From the IMG/VR virus record IMGVR_UViG_2934543808_000001, positions 32,001 through 96,000 of that record: a stretch of 64,000 nucleotides of DNA. One strand, written 5' to 3'. Shown here piece after piece: positions 48,426 to 57,183 of this stretch. The notes below the pieces were generated by a model. The model saw only the letters and a program-made list of their open reading frames with translations, was not told where the DNA came from and ran no database searches. Position 1 is the stretch's first letter; every line of letters begins with the position of its first letter. The position numbers were made by a program, and so were the translations under genes. The stretch comes from a virus. Its lineage: Duplodnaviria; Caudoviricetes.

Positions 48426-48497
48426 TCTTGGGTGGTTCTCGCGCTAACGCTCCGGGGTCAACCCTGAAGGAGGACAAACACCCCAAAGAATCGCGAG
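48426..48497. ncRNA. Orphan structured element matching the 3' half of the leader family
   Basis: AACGCTCCG..GAAGGAGGAC enclosed by a TCTTGGGTG/CACCCCAAAGA stem; no start codon follows. Confidence 0.4.
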
Positions 48498-48588
48498 TCC
48501 ATCGCCTGCGACGGTGAGATCGGCGGCACGGCGGCCACCTAGTGCGGATGATACCCGCGCGGCCCCGCGGGACCGCTATCGAGCAGCC

Positions 48589-48912
48589 CTATTCGGCCGC
48601 TGAGGCGCTTCTCGGACTGGTGACGGACTCGATGGCCGGGGTGACCCCGCTGGGCTTCCAGATCAGATCGTGCGCGCTCTGCGAGACGGCGAGGACGGCT
48701 CCGATCGTGCCGAGCGTGGGAAGGCCGTGCTGGAACTGGTCCAGCCCGCTGGTGGAGACGACGGTGACGACGCCGGCGACCAGGGCCATGACGGCGGCGA
48801 CGATCTTCTTGTTCCGTACGGACCACTCGGGGCGCTGCACGACGGCGGTGATCAGCGGCATGAGGCCGCCGACGGCGGAGCCGGTGCCGATGAGTTGGAG
48901 GGTGGAGGACAT
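48589..48912 (-). CDS. Putative holin
   Basis: 107 aa, 2-3 TM segments, end of the late operon. Confidence 0.65.
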   Translation of the reverse strand: MSSTLQLIGTGSAVGGLMPLITAVVQRPEWSVRNKKIVAAVMALVAGVVTVVSTSGLDQFQHGLPTLGTIGAVLAVSQSAHDLIWKPSGVTPAIESVTSPRSASAAE

Positions 48913-48966
48913 GGGGTTCCCGTCTGTCGGTGGCTGAGACGGCGGGAGAGTGCCGCCCGGCTGGGG

Positions 48967-48979
48967 CTTGCGTCCCGGG
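48967..48979 (-). promoter_or_regulatory. Late-gene box upstream of holin
   Basis: CCCGGGACGCAAG. Confidence 0.55.
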
Positions 48980-48996
48980 GCGCGGGCGGCGTCCGG

Positions 48997-49428
48997 TCAG
49001 TCCCGGTCCTGGGCGTCCACGTCGGCTTCGATCTCCTCGGGCGGGGCGGGGGCGGGCCGGCCGAGGGTCTTCGCCACCAGGTCCCGCAGGTCCCGGATGT
49101 ACTCCAGCGCCGCGGCCTTCCAGCGGCGCCACTGCCGCTGCTCCTCCTCCAGGCGCTCGACCTTGCGCTCCAGGTCGACCTGTCGCTCTTCCAGCGTCGT
49201 GACCCGGGCCATCGTGGACTCGTTCACCGAGCGCTGCTGTTCGAGCAGCGAGGTGAACCCCTCCGTCACGGTCTTCATGGACGAGACGAACGTCTGGCCC
49301 TCGGCGATCTCGGCGTCGGCCTTGTTCTTCTTGGTGTTCTGCCGGTACACCAGCCAGCCCCCGCCGAGGACTCCGGTCATGCCGAACAGCGGGGAAAGGA
49401 CGGGCGCCAGAGAGGTAAGCCACTCCAC
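48997..49428 (-). CDS. TM plus coiled-coil lysis-cassette protein
   Basis: N-terminal TM; coiled coil; ends in ..PAPPEEI. Confidence 0.65.
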   Translation of the reverse strand: MEWLTSLAPVLSPLFGMTGVLGGGWLVYRQNTKKNKADAEIAEGQTFVSSMKTVTEGFTSLLEQQRSVNESTMARVTTLEERQVDLERKVERLEEEQRQWRRWKAAALEYIRDLRDLVAKTLGRPAPAPPEEIEADVDAQDRD

Positions 49429-49532
49429 GGGCGCCTCCTCGGTCGGTGATGGTCAGGTCGGGGTGCGCGGGAGCCGGGGCCCGTGAAGGCCCGCGGCTCC
49501 CCGCATCCGGCAAGCTGCACCATCGAGCCGGC

Positions 49533-49916
49533 TTACGTCCCCGGCGGCGGCGTTCCGGTGGCCGCGCTCGGGCTGACGCCGGCAACCGGGTTCCACCCGA
49601 CCCGGATTGCGGCCAGGAGCTGCTCGTCGCTGATGGCCTCGGCCATCGCCACCGGGTCGGTCGTCCCGGCCGCCGCCGCCGCGATCATGAGCGGCGGGGA
49701 GACGACCAGCCCGACCATCATCGCCAGGGCCTGCGCCTCGGTGGGGCTGAGCACCGTCTTGGCCAGGTTCCAGCGCAAGGGGTAGCCGGGCGTCTCCACC
49801 GGCTCGACGAAGACCTCTTGTGCCACCACGGCGATGGCCATGCGCACGCGGGGCAGTAACGAGGGCTCGCAGGCCAGGGCGCACAGCGTGGACAGCGGCA
49901 GGGGCAGGGCGGACAT
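49533..49916 (-). CDS. Hypothetical phage protein after the tail fibre
   Basis: GAGGA RBS; operon context. Confidence 0.6.
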   Translation of the reverse strand: MSALPLPLSTLCALACEPSLLPRVRMAIAVVAQEVFVEPVETPGYPLRWNLAKTVLSPTEAQALAMMVGLVVSPPLMIAAAAAGTTDPVAMAEAISDEQLLAAIRVGWNPVAGVSPSAATGTPPPGT

Positions 49917-49928
49917 GGGGCGGTTTCC

Positions 49929-52900
49929 TCACTTGGTGTAGGTGACGCGGAGCTTCGGCGGGTTGGTCTGGCCGTAGCCGCGGGCGCGGCCGTAGTAGGT
50001 CGAGGACGTCGAGTTCGGGTCCAGGGCGATGCCGCGCCACGACGTCGAGTCGAAGACCGAGGTGATGTCGACCCACTTGCCCTCGTTGCGGGCCCAGGAG
50101 ATCGTCGTGGCCTCGCTGTCGGAGGAGAACGTGGACGGGCGGGAGGTGTGCTTGTGGGCCTTGATGACGGCCTTGCCGCCCGAGTTCGAGTACCAGTGAT
50201 CGAAGTAGAGGTAGATCTCCGCCTTCGAGATCGTGGCGCCGGACAGGTCGGTGGCCAGGCTGGACGGGAAGCCGATCAAGGACGCCTGGGTGCCGTTCGT
50301 GGACGAGTAGTAGCCCTGCATGCAGGAGTTGCCGTAGTACGAGTTGTACGAGCTGCGGCTGGCGTACGAGCCGGACCAGGAAGCGGAGTACGTCTTGGTG
50401 TACTTCTGCACGGGTGGGGCGGTCGTGCCGCCGCCGTCGTTGTACTGACCCGTCTCCGGGACGTGCGGGCCGACGTCCTCGATGTAGAAGTAGCCCATCG
50501 ACGTGGAGGACCCCGTCATCTCGCAGGTCTGGCCGGACGGCCCCAAGGCGTTCTGGAACGTGATCAGGTACCGGTGCAGGCCGGCCCCGAGTCCGGCACC
50601 GTTGACGACGTACTCCATCCGGCAGGTGAAGGAGTTCCCGAGGGCCATGTGGGTCACGTCGACGTACTTCTGCGGTGACGTGATCTTGGGGGCGCCGGTG
50701 CCGCCGTCGCGGAGCCGCACCTGAAGTTCTCCGCCGGCGACGGACGGGTTGGCTCGGGCGGAGAAGACGAACCTGTACATCCGCGTCGGGTCGATCTCGC
50801 AGGCCAGCTCCACGAGCCCCATCTCGGTCCCGGACGCGGTGCGGGTGCTCGCGATGTAGTCGATGGCCTGGAGCCCGCGCGGGTAGACGTTCAGGTACTC
50901 CATGAAGTCCGAGCCGCCGATGGTCAGGCCCTCGGCGACGGCGAGACGCTGGAACCCCGCGGCCCCCTCCTGGTCGATCGTCGCGACGGGCAGGCCGCCG
51001 GTCGACAGCGTCAGGTAGTTCGGGCGGCCGGTGACGAGAGCGACCGCTTCCTCTCCGGCGTCATCGAACAACTGGAGGCCGCGTGGGCTGATCTCCGCTC
51101 GGGCCCCGGCGACGCCGGACGCCAGGACGACGCGGCACGCCGCGTTGTCGTACTGCACGGTGCCCGCGCTGGAGTCGACGGTGGACATCGCGACGCGGAG
51201 CTGCACGGTGCCGGCGGGGGCGGCCACATCCGGAACGCCGCTGATGGACGTCCAGGCGCCCTTGACGGTGGAGCCGTCGCCTGTGGTCACGGTGCTGTAC
51301 CCGAGGATGTTCCCCGAGGCGTCCAGCCACTGCCCGTAGAGACTGAGGCGGAGTCCGTTCCAGTCGCTGGAGGCGAAGTAGTCCATGCTCAGCCACAGCT
51401 TCGTCCCGGGGACCGCGGGCAGCGTGGCCAGGGTCATCGACCGGGTGACGACCGTGGCGTTGGCGGCGTTGACCTGCAAGGCCCGTGGGGTGCCGTTGCC
51501 GGGCGTGGCGATCGACCACCACTGATTCGAGGCGGCGCGCTGGTCGGACACGGCGCCCTCGAAGGAGGGGTCCGCGATCACGTTGCCGTCGGTGCCCAGG
51601 GACAGGCGGTCTGCGGTCAGGGAGCCGGCCTTGACGTGGGTGGCGTCGATGACTCCGGCCGCGATCTTCGTGGCGGTGACGCTGTTCACGGCGAGCTTGT
51701 CCGCGGTCACGGACAGGGCGGCGATCTTGTCCGCGGTGATCGCCAGCGCCGCGATCTTCTCGGCGGTGACGGCCAGGGCCGTGAGCTTGTCCGTCGTGAC
51801 GGCCCCGGCGAAGATCTTCGGCGCGGTGATCGCGCCGTCCGCGATCTGCACGCCCGGGACGACGGGTCTGACGGCTGCGTTGTCGAACCAGACGGCGCCG
51901 GCCGTGGCGTTGCCGGACTCGGCCCGTACGCGGCCCTGCACGGCGTCTGCGGGGGCCGTGACGGTTCCCGCGAAGCGGGCCCACGCGCCCTTGGCGGGGG
52001 CGGTGGTGCTCAGCTTGCTGTAGCTGAGGATTGTGCCGTCCGACTTCTCCCACCGCACCTGGAGGTTGATCTCGGCACCGGCCCAGTCCGTGGAGGGGTA
52101 GTAGTCGGTGGCGATGTAGAGCTGGTCCCCGGGCGTGACGGGCAGCACGGTCAGTTCGGCAGCCCGGTACGCGGCGGTCGCCGAGACGGTGTCGATCTTC
52201 AGCGAGGACGGGGAGCCGTTGCCGAACGTCTTGTCCTGCGCGAGGAAGGTCTGCTTCGCGGCGATGGCCGCGCCGCCCGCGCCCTCGAAGGAGGGGTCCG
52301 GCAGGACGTTGGGGCTGCCGACGATCGTCAGCTTGTCCGCGGTGATCGTGCCGGCGGCGATGGCTGGGGTCGTGACGGACCCGGCGGACAGCTCCGAGGC
52401 GGTGACGGACCCGGCCTTCAGCTCCCGCGCCGTGATGGCGTCGGCGGCGACCTTCCCGGCCGTGACGGAGTCCGTGGCGAGCGCCGCGGTGGTCACTGAT
52501 CCGGCGACCAAGTTGACGGAGTCGACAATGCCGGTCTTCAGGGCCTCCAGGGTGACGACGTCCACCTGCATGGTCGCGGCCGAGTTCGCCGCGTTCTGTT
52601 CCCCGTAGTTCAGCCACAGGTACGGCGTGATGAACCGGACGTCGGCGTGGACCAGGCCGGCCGCGCGGGGGTCGTTGTTCGGGCCTGCCGAGCCGTTCGC
52701 GCCGGCTGCGGCCCGGCCGTTGAGGAAGCCGATGACCTGTACCCAGCCGTCGCCGGTCGTGATCGCCTTGCCCGAGGCGGCCACGTAGTAGTGCGAGTTC
52801 GGGCTGTCGGGGGTGCCGTTGCGGTTGACCAGCGTCTTGCCGTCCGCGCCGAGTCCGGCGACGCCGACGTAGAACGAGTCCGTGCCCGCTGCGCCCGCCG

Positions 52901-53867
52901 CGGTGAGCCGCACCCGGGCGCTCAGCCGGTACAGCACGCCTGGCTCGTACGGGATGACGGTCTGGCCGAGGATGCGGTTGTAGCCCTTGGCCTCGCCCAC
53001 GGTCTGTCCGGTGGGGGCGTCCGCGATCCCGGAACGGTGCTCCCAGGTGGCGCCGGTGCCCTTGTCGTTGATGGTCCAGGCGGCCGGGTCGCCCATCGCA
53101 TCGACGTAGCGCTGCGCCGCGCTGTCCGAGAGGGCGCCGCCGAGCGCGTTGATCGTCACCGCGCCTTCGGCGATCTTCCCGAGGGTGACGGCCGCCTTGG
53201 CGAGTTTGTCTTCGAGGACCGCGCCGTCGGCCAGCGCGGTCGTGCCCACGGCGCCGAGGGCGATCTTCGCGGCCGTCACCGCGGACTCGGCGAGCTTGAC
53301 CTCGGTCACGATCCCGTCGACCAGGTCCTTCGGGACGGCCTGACGGGGCTGGCCTTGTACGGCTGCTGACGGGGGCCCGGTGACGGCGGCGGTGTTCTGG
53401 CCGACCAGGCGCACCCATACGGCGTCGTAGCCCTCGATGGCGATGGTGACCGTGCCGCCGAGCGGGGCGGTGATGTCGGCGACGTGCGTGGTCACGTCCG
53501 GGGTGAAGTCGGCGGTCTGGCCGACGTGGACCTGGACGAGGAAGAAGTCCGAGGGGGTGGTGTAGCTGTCGTCCCACTGGCCGTCCCAGCCGACCACGAG
53601 CCCGGACAGGCGGGCCTCGATGGTGGGAGGCATCGGCGTGGGCGGTGGGACGGTGTTGACGGGGACCAGGGCCACCGCGCCGTCCGGCTGGACGCCGACG
53701 CTGCCCTTCAGGGTCCCCTCGGCGTCGTAGATGTCGAGGGAACCGCCCTCGATCGAGGTGTAGGCCGCCTGCGAGGTCCGCTCCAGCGCCTGGAGCCGCC
53801 GGTCGTAGTCGTTGAGCAGCGCCGCGAAGGCCCGCGCATCCGACTGGTTGTCCAGGAAGTTCGCCAT
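49929..53867 (-). CDS. Tail fibre / receptor-binding protein with carbohydrate-binding-like modules
   Basis: Repeated (A/S)(V/I)TA(D/E)K(I/L) units; two N(V)xxDPSFEG domains. Confidence 0.8.
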   Translation of the reverse strand: MANFLDNQSDARAFAALLNDYDRRLQALERTSQAAYTSIEGGSLDIYDAEGTLKGSVGVQPDGAVALVPVNTVPPPTPMPPTIEARLSGLVVGWDGQWDDSYTTPSDFFLVQVHVGQTADFTPDVTTHVADITAPLGGTVTIAIEGYDAVWVRLVGQNTAAVTGPPSAAVQGQPRQAVPKDLVDGIVTEVKLAESAVTAAKIALGAVGTTALADGAVLEDKLAKAAVTLGKIAEGAVTINALGGALSDSAAQRYVDAMGDPAAWTINDKGTGATWEHRSGIADAPTGQTVGEAKGYNRILGQTVIPYEPGVLYRLSARVRLTAAGAAGTDSFYVGVAGLGADGKTLVNRNGTPDSPNSHYYVAASGKAITTGDGWVQVIGFLNGRAAAGANGSAGPNNDPRAAGLVHADVRFITPYLWLNYGEQNAANSAATMQVDVVTLEALKTGIVDSVNLVAGSVTTAALATDSVTAGKVAADAITARELKAGSVTASELSAGSVTTPAIAAGTITADKLTIVGSPNVLPDPSFEGAGGAAIAAKQTFLAQDKTFGNGSPSSLKIDTVSATAAYRAAELTVLPVTPGDQLYIATDYYPSTDWAGAEINLQVRWEKSDGTILSYSKLSTTAPAKGAWARFAGTVTAPADAVQGRVRAESGNATAGAVWFDNAAVRPVVPGVQIADGAITAPKIFAGAVTTDKLTALAVTAEKIAALAITADKIAALSVTADKLAVNSVTATKIAAGVIDATHVKAGSLTADRLSLGTDGNVIADPSFEGAVSDQRAASNQWWSIATPGNGTPRALQVNAANATVVTRSMTLATLPAVPGTKLWLSMDYFASSDWNGLRLSLYGQWLDASGNILGYSTVTTGDGSTVKGAWTSISGVPDVAAPAGTVQLRVAMSTVDSSAGTVQYDNAACRVVLASGVAGARAEISPRGLQLFDDAGEEAVALVTGRPNYLTLSTGGLPVATIDQEGAAGFQRLAVAEGLTIGGSDFMEYLNVYPRGLQAIDYIASTRTASGTEMGLVELACEIDPTRMYRFVFSARANPSVAGGELQVRLRDGGTGAPKITSPQKYVDVTHMALGNSFTCRMEYVVNGAGLGAGLHRYLITFQNALGPSGQTCEMTGSSTSMGYFYIEDVGPHVPETGQYNDGGGTTAPPVQKYTKTYSASWSGSYASRSSYNSYYGNSCMQGYYSSTNGTQASLIGFPSSLATDLSGATISKAEIYLYFDHWYSNSGGKAVIKAHKHTSRPSTFSSDSEATTISWARNEGKWVDITSVFDSTSWRGIALDPNSTSSTYYGRARGYGQTNPPKLRVTYTK

Positions 53868-53895
53868 GGCCGCGGATGCTGCGGCGGGCAGGGTG

Positions 53896-53908
53896 CTTGC
53901 GTCCCGGG
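53896..53908 (-). promoter_or_regulatory. Late-gene box upstream of tail fibre
   Basis: CCCGGGACGCAAG. Confidence 0.55.
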
Positions 53909-53911
53909 CGC

Positions 53912-53928
53912 TGTTCCCCGTGGGAACA
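53912..53928. repeat. parS-like palindrome
   Basis: TGTTCCCCGTGGGAACA. Confidence 0.65.
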
Positions 53929-53942
53929 GCGCCCCGGCGGCG

Positions 53943-55160
53943 TCAGTAGTGGAAGGAGTCGCTGCGCTTGAGGGTGAGGACGACCAGGCCGTCCGCGCTG
54001 ATCTCGTCGGCGACGATCCGGTGCCACACCTGGACGTCGCCCACCCACGGCACGTGGACCTGGACGAGGATGTCGTCACCGAGGGACCACGACCCCAGCC
54101 GGGCGTTGGGGTGGTCAACGATCTGGATGGCGGGGATCTGGAGCGCGGCCGTGCGGCCGGCCAGCTCCTGCTCGCCGCGCTTGCGCAGCGCACTGTCGGA
54201 GCTGAGCGTCTTGTCCGTGACGGTGGCGACTCGGCGCAGGCGGTTGTCGCTGCGGTAGACCTGGGCGCGCTTCATCTTCTTGCCCTCGCCCGTGCCGAGG
54301 ACGACGACTTCGTTGGCGAAGTCGTCGCCCATGCCCTCGGGCTTGGCGATGGCCAGGATGTTCTCGCCGTCGGCGAACCTCAGATCGGTGCGCTTCCGTC
54401 CGAGCCGCGGCTTCCCCAGGGTGATGCGGTGGGAGATGGTGTTCCCGCCGCCGGACCAGGAGTGCGACTCGACCCAGTCGAACGGCATGTCGCGGGCGAG
54501 GCTGTCGAGGGCCTGCCCGCAGTCGGGGTTGTTCCACCACGCCAGTTCCCAGGGGTCGGAGCCGTCCTTGGCGCCGAGGAGTTCGCCGGAGTCGTGGCTG
54601 TCGATGGTCAGGCCGAGGTTGCCGTTCGGGCGGCTCTGGATGTGGCTCCAGATGGAGCGGAACGCGTCGTAGGTGTCGATGCGGGGGCCGCCGTAGGGCT
54701 TCGGCGGGTCGGGGACGCGCTGCTTGCCCTTCTTGCCGTCGACCCACCCGTCGTGGTTCTTGTCCTTGCCGGCGTAGGGGTCTTTCGGGGTGATCAGGGC
54801 GCCGGAGATCAGGTATCCCTCGAAGGGGATGCCCTGGGGGTAGGCGGTGAAGCCCTCGCAGTTCACCGTGCACTTCGCCCCGTCGAACGCCGTCTTCGTG
54901 ACGAGGCCGCCCCACCGGATGACGCCCTCGATCTCCAGGTAGAGCTTGGTTCCCCAGTCCTGGAGGATCGGCTGGCCGTCGGAGCCGATCATGCGGGCGT
55001 ACTCGGGCTCGATGGTGCCGGCCAGTGCACCGGGGCCGGACAGCTCCCGCTGCGGGTTCGAGGAGAGGGAGAGAGGGACCTCCCAGTCGAGGATGGGTTC
55101 GGCTGTTCCGGCCCACCTGCCGGCCGCCCGTTGTGCGATGTACCTCCAGCCCTCCGGCAT
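53943..55160 (-). CDS. Minor tail (baseplate hub-like) protein
   Basis: LSGPGAL..IRWGG..LGDDI; position after Dit. Confidence 0.75.
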   Translation of the reverse strand: MPEGWRYIAQRAAGRWAGTAEPILDWEVPLSLSSNPQRELSGPGALAGTIEPEYARMIGSDGQPILQDWGTKLYLEIEGVIRWGGLVTKTAFDGAKCTVNCEGFTAYPQGIPFEGYLISGALITPKDPYAGKDKNHDGWVDGKKGKQRVPDPPKPYGGPRIDTYDAFRSIWSHIQSRPNGNLGLTIDSHDSGELLGAKDGSDPWELAWWNNPDCGQALDSLARDMPFDWVESHSWSGGGNTISHRITLGKPRLGRKRTDLRFADGENILAIAKPEGMGDDFANEVVVLGTGEGKKMKRAQVYRSDNRLRRVATVTDKTLSSDSALRKRGEQELAGRTAALQIPAIQIVDHPNARLGSWSLGDDILVQVHVPWVGDVQVWHRIVADEISADGLVVLTLKRSDSFHY

Positions 55161-56134
55161 CAGTACTCGTCCTCGTCGGGGGCCTCCACGAACTCCACGT
55201 CCGCGATGATCGAGGTGGACCCGTCCACGCTGAGGTCACCGGTCTCGATCTTGGACATGTACGTCTGGAGGTAGAGGTTCTGCGTGGTCCCTCGCAGGGC
55301 CGTCGAGACGCTGAGGTTGTCGGCGACGACGATGGTCTGCCGCCGGGTCTGGGTGCCGGTGTCGTCGTCGATCACCGTGTTCTGGCCCTGGATGCCGGCG
55401 AAGACGTTCTGCATGGTCGCGAAGACGTCGGACTTGGTCATGCGCAGGCCCGCGATCGTCGTCACGATCTTCACGCGCGTCGCCCACCGTGGGATGTCGA
55501 TGCTCCACTTCGCTGCTCCCGGCCACGTGTGCCACTTGTTGTCGGAGTAGCTGAGCGTGCTGAGCGAGCCCGGGAACGAGGTGAACAGGCGGCGATCCCG
55601 GCGCGGGGCCACCATCGTCCGCAGATCCTTGATCATGGACTGCGTGATGGCGTTCGTGTTCGGCGGGATGTCGATCCGGGCCAGGACGATCGCCGAGTTG
55701 TTGCTGCTGAGCGAGCGCACGTCCGTCGCCGTCTTCGGCACGTTGCTGACCACGCGGGTGTAGATGTACGGCCCGACCTTCGGGTTGGACGGCTGCGGCC
55801 ACGTCTCGCCGTACGCGTATGGGTTCTCGACGCGGGCCACGATCAGGTCCGAGCGGGCCGACACCCCGGTCGCGGCGATCGAGACGCGGTCGGCCGTCGG
55901 CAGCCGGCCCGCGTACGCCTGGTAGGTGGCGCCCGCGGTCCGGTTCTCGATGGCGCACGCCCCGGCGGTGATCTGCACCTCGGCGGACGGGGTGGACAGG
56001 GCCTTCACCCGTAGGTCGCCGGAGCCGACGACGCCTTCAGCCCCTCCGAAGGCCGCGTACGCCAGCAGGCGGGCGACCTCCGCGCTGTGCTCGGCACCGC
56101 CTTCGGTGAACCACGGCACGTTGTCCCAGGGCAT
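55160..56134 (-). CDS. Minor tail protein
   Basis: DLRVKA..RSDLIVARVE..IVLARIDIP..IKDLR. Confidence 0.75.
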   Translation of the reverse strand: MPWDNVPWFTEGGAEHSAEVARLLAYAAFGGAEGVVGSGDLRVKALSTPSAEVQITAGACAIENRTAGATYQAYAGRLPTADRVSIAATGVSARSDLIVARVENPYAYGETWPQPSNPKVGPYIYTRVVSNVPKTATDVRSLSSNNSAIVLARIDIPPNTNAITQSMIKDLRTMVAPRRDRRLFTSFPGSLSTLSYSDNKWHTWPGAAKWSIDIPRWATRVKIVTTIAGLRMTKSDVFATMQNVFAGIQGQNTVIDDDTGTQTRRQTIVVADNLSVSTALRGTTQNLYLQTYMSKIETGDLSVDGSTSIIADVEFVEAPDEDEY

Positions 56135-56189
56135 GACACTCCTCCGCTGCTTGGGGGTTGGGCAGCGGGACTGTTCACCGTGGGAGCGC

Positions 56190-56202
56190 CTTGCGTCTCG
56201 GG
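56190..56202 (-). promoter_or_regulatory. Late-gene box upstream of minor tail gene
   Basis: CCCGAGACGCAAG. Confidence 0.55.
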
Positions 56203-56221
56203 CCGACGGTCGCGGGATCGG

Positions 56222-56238
56222 TGTTCCCACGGGGAACA
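56222..56238. repeat. parS-like palindrome (degenerate partner at 56172-56188)
   Basis: TGTTCCCACGGGGAACA. Confidence 0.65.
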
Positions 56239-56241
56239 GCG

Positions 56242-57183
56242 TCAGAGGTAGGCGTAGGCGTCTCTCCAGGCGACCGTCATGTACGCCGTGCCGGTCTCGT
56301 CTGTGCCGCGCAGCACGAAGTCCTGGCGGCCGATCGGGACGCGCATGTCCGCCAGGCGGGGCGAACCCCGGTACAGCGATCCGGCGACGGAGGCGCTGCC
56401 GTTGCGCAGGACGGTCCGTACCCAGGGGCGCGGGTCGATGACGACCCGTTCGCCGGCCCCCAGCGTGAGGTTGAGGCTCGCCTTCCAGCGGCCCACGACC
56501 TCGCACGCGGGTTGGGAGATGGGGCCGTAGATCGTGATGACGGGCCAGGCGGGCTTCGTGCCGCCGATCGTCACGTCGCTCGTCGGCCGGGACCCGCTCT
56601 CGCCCGTCATCGTCAACGGTGTCGTCAGGGGGCCGACCAGGCCGTAGTGCGGCGGGGGCACCAGGTCCACGCGCAGCCGCTGCTCCACGTCGTCGTAGGC
56701 GGTGTCATCCAGGCATGTGAAGGTGGCGACCACGGGGGTGTAGCCCTGGCGCGTCAGCCGAGAGCCGGCGGGGGCGCACTTCCTGGGTCGCCCGTAGAAG
56801 AGGCGGGCCCGGCCGCCCTGGGTGGTGCGCAGCACTGCGGGGGTGGCGAAGCGTCGGCGGACCGCTTCGGCGTCCCATGCCTGGAGCATCTTGGAGACGG
56901 CGCCGAGGTTGGCGCCGTGCCGTCCGTGCGCGTCGGCCGCGTCGTCCACGGTGTCGACGCCGACCTCGAAGGTGATGGTCGCCTGCGAGCGGAAGTCCTG
57001 GCCGAGGCGGACTCCGTCCTCGCGGGGCATCGGGGTGTCTCCGGCGTCGGTGTCGCCGTAGGTGATTTCGTACGGCTCCAGCAGGTAGTAGCCGGTGCGG
57101 AACGTGCCGAACGTGAAGTTGGCGGCCGGGTGCACGCCGTTCGAGCTGTACGACAGGTTCCACTCGCCCTCAGCCAGCGGCAT
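56242..57183 (-). CDS. Distal tail (Dit-like) protein
   Basis: Follows tape measure; WPVITIYGP..P; WRDAY end. Confidence 0.75.
   Translation of the reverse strand: MPLAEGEWNLSYSSNGVHPAANFTFGTFRTGYYLLEPYEITYGDTDAGDTPMPREDGVRLGQDFRSQATITFEVGVDTVDDAADAHGRHGANLGAVSKMLQAWDAEAVRRRFATPAVLRTTQGGRARLFYGRPRKCAPAGSRLTRQGYTPVVATFTCLDDTAYDDVEQRLRVDLVPPPHYGLVGPLTTPLTMTGESGSRPTSDVTIGGTKPAWPVITIYGPISQPACEVVGRWKASLNLTLGAGERVVIDPRPWVRTVLRNGSASVAGSLYRGSPRLADMRVPIGRQDFVLRGTDETGTAYMTVAWRDAYAYL

Noticed and set aside
48441-48480. Superficial twister-ribozyme look (TAAC..CTCC..GGTCAACCC..GGAG)
   Set aside because: The conserved loop-4 sequence and second pseudoknot do not fit; would need a cmsearch hit.
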